A stretch of 63,966 nt of DNA, counting the filler, from Octopus bimaculoides (lineage: Eukaryota): the NCBI RefSeq assembly GCF_001194135.2. It is 4 parts of 4 records of this genome, joined end to end, with 100 filler letters (N's around TTAATTAATTAA, not from the genome) between each part and the next. Parts side by side here need not be neighbours in the genome. Positions count along the whole stretch, not along the records: positions 31,358 to 61,115 come from NC_068990.1; 3 more parts are not named here. One strand, given 5' to 3'. A program made the translations under genes and the position numbers. This document shows positions 37,995 to 49,849 of this stretch, one piece after another (position 1 is the stretch's first letter; every line of letters begins with the position of its first letter). The notes under the pieces were generated by a model, which saw only the letters and a program-made list of their open reading frames with translations, was not told the origin of the DNA and did not search any database.

Positions 37995-38880
37995 ATGTCA
38001 CCGAGTTTACTCTCCGAACATTTAATCAAACCAAAACGTCCAAGAATGGATTTCCCAAAACTTTGTAATTTAATATTAACTTCATTATGAAAAATCCTTC
38101 AAAAAATCTATTGAAGTTTACAGAACCGATCAAAATTATTTCACCGAAGCAAATCAGATTCCATGTGTTTCATATTTAAAACCGATAAAATTCTTCCTAT
38201 TCGGGATTCGGTCATCGTACATTGTTGTACATTATTATAGATTACATATATTAGCAAACCATTGTAAACTGATTCAGCTTCATTGAACAGTAAATCAAAT
38301 TTTCCATTATGCCCCAATAACTATAAAATTGATTCTCTCACAAGGCTTATCACGTCATAAAAATGTTTCAAGCTTATTCTTGGTGCAGTATTTCTTGGTG
38401 CAGAATGTAATGGAACAGAACAATGAGATGACCAAGAGCTTCTGTAAATTACTCGACAAAACCAACATTTTGATCGCCCACATTTACGGCATCATCATTT
38501 ATAGCCGAAGCTGTATTTGCCAAAGTTTGTCTTTCATGAAGATTTCAATAACACTACTAATACTATTTATGGGCATATTTTCGTACAAATTCTCTAATTT
38601 CGTCACCTTCTGGTGACATAATATCAGTGATTTTATTCAGACTAAAAAATGTTGCAGGTATTTAAATGTTCTTAATTTTGATTTTTAAACTTAATATTTC
38701 TTTTTCATAATTCTGTTTTGAATAGTATTTCTACTCATTGGGGATTCATTTATAAAAGCGTTCTCATTATGAAGTCCTCGAAGGCAAATGGTACACATTT
38801 TTTAAAAAGCCTTTTAATAACCTTAACAACAAGTAGAGACGTCTCATGGTCTCTAATGTAATGTGAAACAGTGAGCTGTA
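37995..38880 (-). mobile_element. hAT-superfamily (SPIN/Charlie/GTF2IRD2-like) transposase remnant
   Basis: Minus-strand PMSRNTIQNRI, TASAINDDAVNVGDQNVGFV (TTDGAxNMxG-like), LIVLFHYILHQE (CxxHQE-like), LFNEAESVYNGLL, FHNEVNIKLQSFGKSI appear in the expected order with stops and frameshifts. Confidence 0.75.
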
Positions 38881-39407
38881 GCTTCATATATTGCAACAAA
38901 CTGTTATATTACAAGTACAGTGAACAACCATTTTACTACCAGTAACACGGCTATCTGTTAGCTAATTGCAAGCAATTCATAACATCTTAAATTTATTGAA
39001 AGTTTTAATTTCATTGAAATTTCATTAATATTTCTATCCCAGCCGAGAGAGAAAATTTCTTGTTTGTTGTACTAGAAGCCCGCCCTATACTACAGCAACC
39101 AACAAACATCATGGTACCAACATGACCACGTGGTCTGAACGGACTAATGAGAATGAGTCTCACTCGCTAGTCAATGAAAATCAGTTTCATCTAGAGACTC
39201 CGGCCGAACAATGAGAGGAGGTTTTCTCGTCAGCGGGATTGCTATTAATACACCTTTGATACATTCACCGTTTCATACATTTTGTATGCAGGCCGTGAGG
39301 GCTCGCTGTGAGCCCTCTAATGTTTTACAGGTAAAAACTCAATTAAATACAATTTATCAAAAGTTAAAATTAAATTAAGTTTCACAGTATATAATATATA
39401 AATATAT

Positions 39408-39666
39408 AATTTAGAGAAAAGAACCAAAGTTCATGAACTCATCCATGAAAATTCAGTCACATATAGAAAAAATTAATAAGTAAATACACTAAAAAGAACT
39501 ATAATAAAATACAAAGTAAAAATCATAAAATAAAAATCATAAAATAATAATAATAATAATAATACGACATCATCATTATTATTATTATTATTATTATGTG
39601 ATTTTACTTGTATTTTATTATATTTCTTTTTAGTGTATTTACTTATTAAATTTTTCTATGTGATTG
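39408..39666. mobile_element. Foldback/MITE-like palindromic element, right arm truncated by a gap
   Basis: 39458-39564 is near-perfectly inverted in 39575-39666 around a CGACATCATC spacer. Confidence 0.8.
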
Positions 39667-41471
39667 NNNNNNNNNNNNNNNNNNNNNNNNNNNNNNNNNN
39701 NNNNNNNNNNNNNNNNNNNNNNNNNNNNNNNNNNNNNNNNNNNNNNNNNNNNNNNNNNNNNNNNNNNNNNNNNNNNNNNNNNNNNNNNNNNNNNNNNNNN
39801 NNNNNNNNNNNNNNNNNNNNNNNNNNNNNNNNNNNNNNNNNNNNNNNNNNNNNNNNNNNNNNNNNNNNNNNNNNNNNNNNNNNNNNNNNNNNNNNNNNNN
39901 NNNNNNNNNNNNNNNNNNNNNNNNNNNNNNNNNNNNNNNNNNNNNNNNNNNNNNNNNNNNNNNNNNNNNNNNNNNNNNNNNNNNNNNNNNNNNNNNNNNN
40001 NNNNNNNNNNNNNNNNNNNNNNNNNNNNNNNNNNNNNNNNNNNNNNNNNNNNNNNNNNNNNNNNNNNNNNNNNNNNNNNNNNNNNNNNNNNNNNNNNNNN
40101 NNNNNNNNNNNNNNNNNNNNNNNNNNNNNNNNNNNNNNNNNNNNNNNNNNNNNNNNNNNNNNNNNNNNNNNNNNNNNNNNNNNNNNNNNNNNNNNNNNNN
40201 NNNNNNNNNNNNNNNNNNNNNNNNNNNNNNNNNNNNNNNNNNNNNNNNNNNNNNNNNNNNNNNNNNNNNNNNNNNNNNNNNNNNNNNNNNNNNNNNNNNN
40301 NNNNNNNNNNNNNNNNNNNNNNNNNNNNNNNNNNNNNNNNNNNNNNNNNNNNNNNNNNNNNNNNNNNNNNNNNNNNNNNNNNNNNNNNNNNNNNNNNNNN
40401 NNNNNNNNNNNNNNNNNNNNNNNNNNNNNNNNNNNNNNNNNNNNNNNNNNNNNNNNNNNNNNNNNNNNNNNNNNNNNNNNNNNNNNNNNNNNNNNNNNNN
40501 NNNNNNNNNNNNNNNNNNNNNNNNNNNNNNCACACACACACACACACGCACGTTGTGTGATTGTGGATCAAACTATTAATACATACTCACACAGAAACAC
40601 ACATTTGCGTAGTTTTCTTTTTTGAACGGTGAAACTCGAAGCAGGTAAAGCTATAAATAAAAGCGAGTAAAAATAGGGTTATAAAAATATTTGGGTCGAA
40701 AAGGTCGAAGGCTGCTCTCAGACGTTATTGTTTATAGCTTTATCTGCTTCGAGTTTCACTGTTCCAAAAATAAATTATTTCATGTTCCCCTCGATCTTTT
40801 TAAATTCTTATAGCGTCAACAATATATACATGTGTGTGTGTGTGTGTGTGTNNNNNNNNNNNNNNNNNNNNNNNNNNNNNNNNNNNNNNNNNNNNNNNNN
40901 NNNNNNNNNNNNNNNNNNNNNNNNNNNNNNNNNNNNNNNNNNNNNNNNNNNCAACACTATTTTCCTTTTTCTCCGGTAAAGTGTTCCTTCCGAGGAATTA
41001 ATAAAGGTACCAGCAAAGGACATACTCAAGGGTCCGTTTGTGTTGGTCTGAGAGGGAGATGATCAGCAGCTTCAGGACCCGCCCCATCAGCGAATTCCGT
41101 TTTGTGAATTGGCCCGACCCAGACCCATCGTTGTGCCTGAGTGAAGCGATGAGTCTGGCGGGCGTAAAGATGTAAGAGGACGAGTGCCTCATATTGTGGG
41201 GTCATCTGACTCATATAATGAAAAATTGTAAGAGGCAAGTGCCTTAATTTATGTCATAATTTGGAACTTTTTATGTACGAGCTTCATAGCCTCAATGTGT
41301 AAATTTTATTTATAAAAGAACAGTGTTCTAGAGAAGCAAAGTTCGGCGGGCGGCTTTTGTCTTCTCCCATTATGCCATCATGTTTATCATTCATTTCATG
41401 TCATTAATGTGTTTGTCTAGTCCGCAGCTACTCTGTGTTCTGCCTCTATGGCAAATTATAATGAAGTAAAG

Positions 41472-41611
41472 TAGCTTGCTTACCAACCGCATAGTTCCGG
41501 GTTCAGTCCTACTGCGTGGTAACTTGAGCAAATATCTTCTACTATAGCCTCGGGTCGACCAAAGCCTTGTGAGTGGGTTTGGTAGACGGAAACTGAAAGA
41601 AGCTCGTCGTA

Positions 41612-41642
<31 letters not shown>

Positions 41643-42296
41643 NNNNNNNNNNNNNNNNNNNNNNNNNNNNNNNNNNNNNNNNNNNNNNNNNNNNNNNNNN
41701 NNNNNNNNNNNNNNNNNNNNNNNNNNNNNNNNNNNNNNNNNNNNNNNNNNNNNNNNNNNNNNNNNNNNNNNNNNNNNNNNNNNNNNNNNNNNNNNNNNNN
41801 NNNNNNNNNNNNNNNNNNNNNNNNNNNNNNNNNNNNNNNNNNNNNNNNNNNNNNNNNNNNNNNNNNNNNNNNNNNNNNNNNNNNNNNNNNNNNNNNNNNN
41901 NNNNNNNNNNNNNNNNNNNNNNNNNNNNNNNNNNNNNNNNNNNNNNNNNNNNNNNNNNNNNNNNNNNNNNNNNNNNNNNNNNNNNNNNNNNNNNNNNNNN
42001 NNNNNNNNNNNNNNNNNNNNNNNNNNNNNNNNNNNNNNNNNNNNNNNNNNNNNNNNNNNNNNNNNNNNNNNNNNNNNNNNNNNNNNNNNNNNNNNNNNNN
42101 NNNNNNNNNNNNNNNNNNNNNNNNNNNNNNNNNNNNNNNNNNNNNNNNNNNNNNNNNNNNNNNNNNNNNNNNNNNNNCGATAGAATAAGTAACTAGGCTT
42201 ACAAAGAATAAGTCCTGGAGTAGATTTGCTCGACTAAAGGCGGTGCTCCAGCATGGCCGCAGTCAAATGATTGAAACAAATAAAAGAATAAAAGAA
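41472..42296 (+). mobile_element. SINE family A spanning (TA)n and a gap
   Basis: 5' arm at 41472-41610; 3' tail at 42178-42296. Confidence 0.85.
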
Positions 42297-42325
42297 TACA
42301 CACACACATACACAAAGAGGGGGAG

Positions 42326-42493
42326 AGATGGCGCGCAGACGTAGCTATGTGGTAAGAAGTTTACTTTCCTACCATGTGGTTCTGAGTTCAGTCCCACTGC
42401 CTGGCACCTTGGGCAAGTGTCTTCTACTAGAGCCTCGGTTTAACCAAAGCTTTGTGAATGGATTTACTAGAAGGAAACTGAAAGAAGCCCGTC

Positions 42494-42585
<92 letters not shown>

Positions 42586-42715
42586 GTGTGTGTTTGTATG
42601 TCTGTGTTTATTCTATACCACCACTTGACAACCGGGGTTGGTGTCTTTACGTCCTTGTAATTTTGCGGTCCAGCAAAAGGAACCGATAGAATAAGTTCCA
42701 GGCTTTAAAAAAATA
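42326..42715 (+). mobile_element. SINE family A with internal (TG)n
   Basis: 5' arm, (TG)n at about 42497-42600, 3' arm CCACTTGACAACCGGGGTTGGTGTCTTTACGTCC. Confidence 0.85.
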
Positions 42716-42749
42716 ATAGATGCCAGACTCATTACACTTAAAGAAGACG

Positions 42750-42960
42750 TTGAGCTGGCAGAAACGTTGGCAGGCCGGACGAAATGCTTATCGGTATTTC
42801 GTCCGTGTTTCCGTTCTTTGTTCAAATTCTGCCGAGATCGACTTTGCCTTTCATCCTTTCAGAGAACGATTTAAAAAGTGTTAGATGAACACTGGGGTCG
42901 ATGTAATCGATTACCTCCTCCCCCAAAATTGCTGGCATTTGTGCCAAATTTTGAAACAAT
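42750..42960 (+). mobile_element. SINE family B
   Basis: GAGCTGGCAGAAACGTT...GTTCAAATTCTGCCGAGATCGACTTTGCCTTTCATCC...CTGGGGTCGATGTAATCGA...GTGCCAAATTTTGAAAC. Confidence 0.85.
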
Positions 42961-43482
42961 TATTATTCTGGTAAAATAGCTGAAACGGTTTCACGTAGAA
43001 ACCGAAACCCAATCGCCAAACTCATTTATCACAAGTTGTTGTTAAGTTTAGATCAACTCTAATGATACAGGAAACCTTTGTGTTTTGACCACGATCATTT
43101 CGCCTTATTTTATATCTGACCCTATATCATTCAATATCCCTGTTCTTTATCTTGATAAGATTTGAGAGAATTTGGTTTTTATTTCTAGCACAAAGCGTAG
43201 AGGTCCTCTCGTAGACTCACACGCCAAAAGCCATTTATAAACGTCATTTCCCGATTAAAATACCGGCTCACTACTTCTAACCCTGATATCCCTTTCAAAC
43301 TCTAGCGGAAAACTTCAAGTATTCGCCGGAGAATTCAGTGGAATTACTGCGGTTTCGATCCTAATTGGTTCTGAATGCATCGTGATAATCATTGCTCCCG
43401 ATACACACTTTAGTTATAGAGTCCGGTTAAATGGAGAAGGAATTTGGAATGGACAGCAGTGGGCAGAGGGCAGTGTGGATGG

Positions 43483-43538
<56 letters not shown>

Positions 43539-44283
43539 TTGTGTGTATGAGTACGTGTGCGTTTGTGTACGCTTTCTTTTTTCAGCTCCTTATCCTACCT
43601 CCCCTACAACCACTCCTTCTGTCTGTTCATAATAATAATAATCATTATTATTACTATAGTTATTATTATGGTTATTCCTCTCCTCCCATTTCTTCATCTT
43701 CTTTTCTCCTCATCCTCCTCCCCATCTACTTAATAACAGTAATTATGATTATACATCATCATCATCATATAGTCGTTGTTGTTGCTGTTGTTGTTGTTGC
43801 TTGTCCATCGTCTTCATCACAACGTCACTGTCTCATATTTTTCGCTTTCAATTTCTTACGTCTTTATTTCGTTCCTCCTTCCCTGCCCCCACTTCTTCCC
43901 TATTCTACTTGACATACTACATCACACAGCTACACACACGCACACACACACACACACATTTTACGTTCACTCACACCACCACCACACCACCACCACCACC
44001 ACCATCCCGTTCTCCCGGTTCTCAAGAGACGCATATAGAAATATATGCAATTACCAAGGAAATAAACGGAGACACCAGCCTCAACAACGACCACATCACC
44101 AATAACCAGCATTGGCTGCCAAAGATTATGTTCTAAACTATCAACTTTATTCCACAGAGAATATCGCAACTTTTTATTACATTTCACTCCATTTCAGGCC
44201 ACCACCTCGAATTTTTAGAACCTTGTCACTCTAATATCACCTCACCAGCTATCCTTATGGCAAGAACATCATTATTATTATCA

Positions 44284-44348
<65 letters not shown>

Positions 44349-44558
44349 GCACAGCTTCTAACGCTAGAGATGTACTACAGTGTCAGCTGTTCACTACCAG
44401 AGAACTAAGGTAACACCTCTTATTTTTCGAGCACCTTCCGGAGTATTCGAGCGGTTCCAAGCAGTGCTGTTTTCTGCAAGTGCTCCACCTTTATTGCAGC
44501 CCCTATTTGTTCCACGTACTTCTCGAGATTTTTGCTCACTGTTCCCAGAATTCCGACA
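44349..44558 (-). mobile_element. R4/Dong-type LINE, short 3' end, flanked on both sides by (TAA)n
   Basis: VGILGTVSKNLEKYVEQIGAAIKVEHLQKTALLGTARILRKVLEK-stop, then UTR; TTA arrays at 44270-44348 and 44559-44583. Confidence 0.9.
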
Positions 44559-44584
44559 ATTATTATTATTATTATTATTATTCA

Positions 44585-45690
44585 AGGAGACTTGAATCTA
44601 AGAATTTAGATTCTGTTTAATTTGTAAGATTTCAGTTTTAGTAGGGCTTTAAGAAAATCAGGTGCTTTCAAGTTAACAATGTTTTTCTTAAGATGTTGGC
44701 ATTACCATTTTTTGTAGCTTTGATGCTTTGAGGTTTCCTCGTATTTGGTAATTGTATTTGGTTTGGACCTAAAGTTCCGATGATCATAGGTACGATTGTT
44801 ATTCTTAGATGCCACACTTTTGAGACCTCTATTTCAAAGTCTTTATATTTACTTAAATCTGCAAATGCTTTTCCAAAGTGTTGCAGTCGGTGTTGATTGA
44901 CATATCTATGGGAAGACATATTTTACCAGCGTGATTTTTCCTCCACAATATCGTGAAGAGCACGATCAGTTTGGATATTAAAATCCCATTGAACGGTGAT
45001 ATCTTTATACTACTTTGGCAGGCTTATGTTCCCACTAAGTCTTCTCGTATGGGAGTTTAGACTTGCGGTAAATGGTCTGGTGCAAATACTGGCCAAGTTT
45101 ATCATGGCGATTAATATATTTATTTGAGGCTAACATGGAGCAACAAGACATGTTTCCTTGGCTGCAGGTGGGGTCTGCACCATTTTTAAGAATGCTTGCT
45201 TGGTGGAGTTTGATTCTGTACTGCTATAACGAAAGCCTCTGCTTCTGATTTAAGTCTAGATGCAGCCAATCCTTGATGGCTCATATTTCTATCAATATCA
45301 AGATCGCTAGCCTTCGTTGGGTATTTACCACGCAATGCCTCACGTTTCTATGTATTTCACAGCACTAAATTGCAGCATTTGAATTGGTTTGTGGTTTAGA
45401 TGGTTTGCTATCACAAGGAGTTCATCTGTTTCATCTTGTTGCACCTCAGTCGCATTGATCTTTAATTCCTGTACATAACTCTATGCTTCTTCGGTTATTG
45501 ACTACACTTTTTTGGAACTTCCATATTAGCGGACAAGTTTAAGCATCCAGACATTGGTGTTTTTTAGATAGGCATCTATCCCAATGGTTACTTTCTTTAA
45601 AGACAGTTGTGGCTGCTTCAGTCCATGTCCTCCATCCTTTCGTGGGGCATACAGTCTCCCTACACCTGCATTTGGGTGATGTAAGCATTG
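44585..45690 (-). mobile_element. R4/Dong-type LINE, 5'-truncated and degenerate
   Basis: HHPNAGVGRLYAPRKDGGHGL, LKSEAEAFVIAVQNQ, RHDKLGQYLH, QWDFNIQTD, LSKYKDFEIEVSKVWHLRITIVPMIIGTLG, ANILRKTL. Confidence 0.9.
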
Positions 45691-45691
45691 T

Positions 45692-46190
45692 GAGAGGAGC
45701 GGATGGTGAGGAGAGTCATGAAGGCAGAAGTGGTCGGCAGCAGAACCAACCAGAGGCAAACCTCGGTTTGTGTGGATGGATGGATGGTGTGAGGAAAGCT
45801 TTGGTGGTTAGAGGTGTTGGAGGGAGAGGGCAAGAGAGTTTATAAAGGATAGGAAAGCTTGGAGAGTGTTTGTGGACAGATGAGTTGCTCAAAGGAGTAC
45901 GGAGTCAGCATATGCTGTCGAGCCCTGATATTGGGGGGTTGCGTTCCATACCTCAACCAGAACATAGGACGGAGCTCGCCTCTTTGAGCTGGGAAATGAA
46001 TGGAATTCCTGGTGTGTGTCTTGTTGTAGCAACCCCCGTCTTAAAAAATAGGGAATAGGCCTGGGAATATATATTATTATTGATCTCTTTAGTTTTGGAT
46101 CGCAGACCCAATTAGCCCTCAACAGGAACTAGCTGAAAAGTCCGCATGGAGTGCTGCTTTTAAGCTAGTAGCTTAAAGTGGATTGCGTAA
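45692..46190 (+). mobile_element. RTE-type LINE 3' end (C-terminal coding remnant plus probable UTR)
   Basis: ERMVRRVMKAEVVG...WMDGVRKALVVRG...DRKAWRVFVDR-stop matches the RTE C-terminal RGRP/W.D/DR..W pattern across frameshifts; the UTR boundary is uncertain. Confidence 0.65.
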
Positions 46191-46589
46191 GAGATTAAAT
46201 ATTTGGATATCGAAAAATAAAAACTGACGATATCAAGTAAGTTGAAACTAGCACTATATATGTGTGTGTGTATTTATCTATGTATGTATGCATATAATGG
46301 ACTTTAGTGCTACACTAGCGTCAAATAGAATAATGTGAAAGAAAGTACTCAATACTGTAAGATAGAGGAATGTTGATTAAAATTGAAGTTTCTGTGAATC
46401 GAAACTTTATCAACCTGCAAAGTCTCTTTTAATTTCGCTTATGCGAAAGTCTGTCAATGAAACGCCAGCGTCCTTGCTATGGAACGGAGACGTTCAACTC
46501 TTGTCTGCTTAATGATATGGAAACTAGAGACAAGCACCAAACTATATTGATCAAATGCCATCGAGGAGTCGTTGTTTATAATTCTTTTT

Positions 46590-46674
<85 letters not shown>
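46590..46674. repeat. (CAG)n(TAG)n array directly after a SINE A 5' arm
   Basis: Directly visible. Confidence 0.95.
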
Positions 46675-46822
46675 TTTCTTTCAGTTTCCGTCTACCAAAT
46701 CCACACACAAAACTTTGGCTGGCCCGAGGCTATAGTGGTAGACATTTGCCCAAGGTGCCACGCAATGGGGCTGAACTCGCTAGCATGTGTTTGGGAAGCA
46801 AACTTCTTTCCACACAGCCATG
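46675..46822 (-). mobile_element. SINE family A 5' arm
   Basis: TTTCTTTCAGTTTCCGTCTACCAAATCCAC...TTGCCCAAGGTGCCACGCA. Confidence 0.85.
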
Positions 46823-47189
46823 CCAATAATTTTTTCAAAGATTCTTATTGGAATATGTGTCCATTCCCTTCTGGTCAACGATTGAAGACTGAATTCAGTG
46901 ACCACAGAAGTTCATCAAGTTTTTTTCTATATTTTTATGTGATAAAAGTCATGTTTTTTGTTGTTGTTGTTGTTGTTGTTGTTATTTTGATTTATTTATT
47001 TCTGGTTAAATATCATTTGCGCTGGAATCATTTAGAGAAATTAGTGAAACAGAGAAGATTGAGGGTTTCATCTGCGCCAACAATTATAGTTCTTACTAAA
47101 AGGTTTGGGGTTTGGTTTGTTTTTCTGTTAACTGGCAGAAATTTGAGCTCAAAGTAATTATCAATTTTTAATGATGAGGAACTGATTGC

Positions 47190-47385
47190 TAAAAATGATG
47201 ATGATGACGATGATAATGACGACGACAGCAACGACAGCGACAACGACGATGATGATGATAGCAGTGATGATCACGTGGTGGTGCTGCTGCTGGTGATTAG
47301 GGTGGTGGTGGTGGTGGGGAGTGAATGCTGATGACGTCGGCGACAAGGACGAAAATGATGACGATGACGACGACGACGATGATGG

Positions 47386-47419
<34 letters not shown>

Positions 47420-47425
47420 AGCAAA
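47190..47425. repeat. Degenerate GAT/GAC/GGT trinucleotide array
   Basis: Directly visible. Confidence 0.9.
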
Positions 47426-47805
47426 AATATTTTATTTATTAACCACAAAAGTTGAAACAAGACTAAATCTTTGCTAATTTACAGACAAACGACAAAATAT
47501 ATGATTACATCAACAAATAAATGATTGATTACATTAACCAAATATCAATATAAAATATTGATCTTCACTATTGGCATACAACTCTATAAAGTTTAAGATC
47601 ATATTTATTCCATTGAACTGAACCTACAATGTGATTAGTTGTTATGTTTCCCGACCCCAAACCTCTTAGATTCCAAGTCAAACACAGCACCATAAGAACC
47701 CAGATTCTTGGACAATGGAATTAAACGTAGCCGCATGTTTTGAGAGATTCTCTTCTGTTCAGCCATTTCAGTAAAATATCTCTGGAAGGTATTCAATTGC
47801 ATCGG

Positions 47806-48040
47806 TGCCGCTGTGGCTGTGTGGTAAGAAGCTTGCTTCCCAACCACATGGTTCCAAGTTCAGTCTCATTGCGTGATACCTTGGGCAAGCATCTTCGGCT
47901 ATAGCCTTTGGCCGACCAAAACCTCGTGAACTTTGTCTTTCATACTTTCCACAGTCGATAGGATAAAGTATCAGTCGATGGAATGGATAAATCCTGTCTC
48001 TCTAAAATTCCTGGCCTTGTACCAAACTTTGGAACATCAT
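47806..48040 (+). mobile_element. SINE A 5' arm joined to a SINE B 3' half
   Basis: A head extends to about 47928; then ACTTTGTCTTTCATACTTTCC...AAATTCCTGGCCTTGTACCAAACTTTG. Confidence 0.7.
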
Positions 48041-48368
48041 TTCTCCATAAATTCTCCGGGTTTTTTTTTTCGTTCTTTTGCCATTTGTCTATATTTTCGA
48101 ATGCATATCTTTCTTGCACTCAAAAGTTAACACGCAAGAGAACTACTTCATTGTTATATTTCCGATCTCTTCCCTATAACCCCTCCCCCGATTCAACCAA
48201 ACCATTAAATATCAAGACTACCTGTCTTAATTACTATCGTTGAGTGATATGTTCCCCATGCACACCACCATCACCCATTCCATTGCCGATTGGTGTTTTA
48301 TTTTCAAAATTCTACCAGTAATAAACACCACTGCAATAATTTTCTTTATATATTACTATATGCAGCTA

Positions 48369-48435
<67 letters not shown>

Positions 48436-48717
48436 NNNNNNNNNNNNNNNNNNNNNNNNNNNNNNNNNNNNNNNNNNNNNNNNNNNNNNNNNNNNNNNNN
48501 NNNNNNNNNNNNNNNNNNNNNNNNNNNNNNNNNNNNNNNNNNNNNNNNNNNNNNNNNNNNNNNNNNNNNNNNNNNNNNNNNNNNNNNNNNNNNNNNNNNN
48601 NNNNNNNNNNNNNNNNNNNNNNNNNNNNNNNNNNNNNNNNNNNNNNNNNNNNNNNNNNNNNNNNNNNNNNNNNNNNNNNNNNNNNNNNNNNNNNNNNNNN
48701 NNNNNNNNNNNNNNNNN

Positions 48718-48779
<62 letters not shown>

Positions 48780-49579
48780 TGCATTTATGCATGTAGATAT
48801 GTATGAAAACATAGATAAATACATTTATCTACAATTATTTGTATTTATATTAAAAGAAATGTTAGAAACTTAGGAAAAGATTTTGACAAAAATTTACCAA
48901 TTCCACAGCGAAATATAAAAGATATATTTTGTATTCTCATCACAATTGCAGAGAAACTAAAGTCAGGTTGAAAGGGAAAATAAATACAGTTTTGGAGAAG
49001 GATCCAAAGAAAGAATAGGCTTTTCAGTGTTAGCTGGCTTTTAGGAAGTCAGAATCCAGCAGTATGCAGAACTAACTCAATAATCTCCATTGTCAAAGAA
49101 CCGTTTCTATCAGGAGTGTGGAATTTATTCAATTGAATCTTCAGAAACTTTACATCTAAGACGCTAAATTATCTGTCACAAGGCATGAGTGTCTAACAAC
49201 TCAAAGAACCTTCTCGAGAATTGCCTTACGATATTCTTGCCACAGTGTCAAAAGGTTTTTGGAAATAGACTGCAGTTTGTTGAAGTAAAATAATTCGGAG
49301 TTCGCAGAAAGGGCTTAAACTTTGAGACAAATTCTTCAATATGTTGTTGCAGATATTTGGTCAATCAACTTTATATACACTAGCGGGTCATAAATAAGTT
49401 AAACTATGACTGAATTTACCTCTAAAACAGATCTCATTTGTTACAGTTATTTCCAAGGTTGAACACACACATTTTTGAATATGTGAATATGAATTTACAT
49501 CTAAAAGTCTGTAACGTGTAGATGTCATTGTATATGTATATATGTATATATACATATATAGTGAGAATTTACAAATAAT

Positions 49580-49745
49580 CAAAAGACGAAGACGAGTGTG
49601 TAAACGACAAACAGATGTATTAGTTTAATGCTCGGGAAGTGAGAAAGTTTTTTACGTTTCGAGCCTACGCTCTCCGACAGAAAGAAACACAGAAATAAAT
49701 AGGGAGAGAAAATAGAAAAAGGTTTAGTGGGTAGCGATCTACCAT
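49580..49745 (-). mobile_element. Short hammerhead-like-motif element (second copy), in TA-rich flanks
   Basis: Minus strand reads TTTCTGTCGGAGAGCGTAGGCTCGAAACGTAAAAAAC; homologous to 1060-1255. Confidence 0.75.
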
Positions 49746-49849
49746 GTATATATGTATATTAATGAAAAACGTGTTGAGGCAATGCAAAATGATATACGAA
49801 AATAAATTCCACGAGTGAGAACAGAACAAAAGTTAATGTTTTATCTTGT

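Noticed and set aside
47762-47786. Short acceptor-donor segment (TTCTGTTCAG ... GAAG|GTATTC)
   Set aside because: Too short to distinguish from chance, and it lies adjacent to a SINE head.
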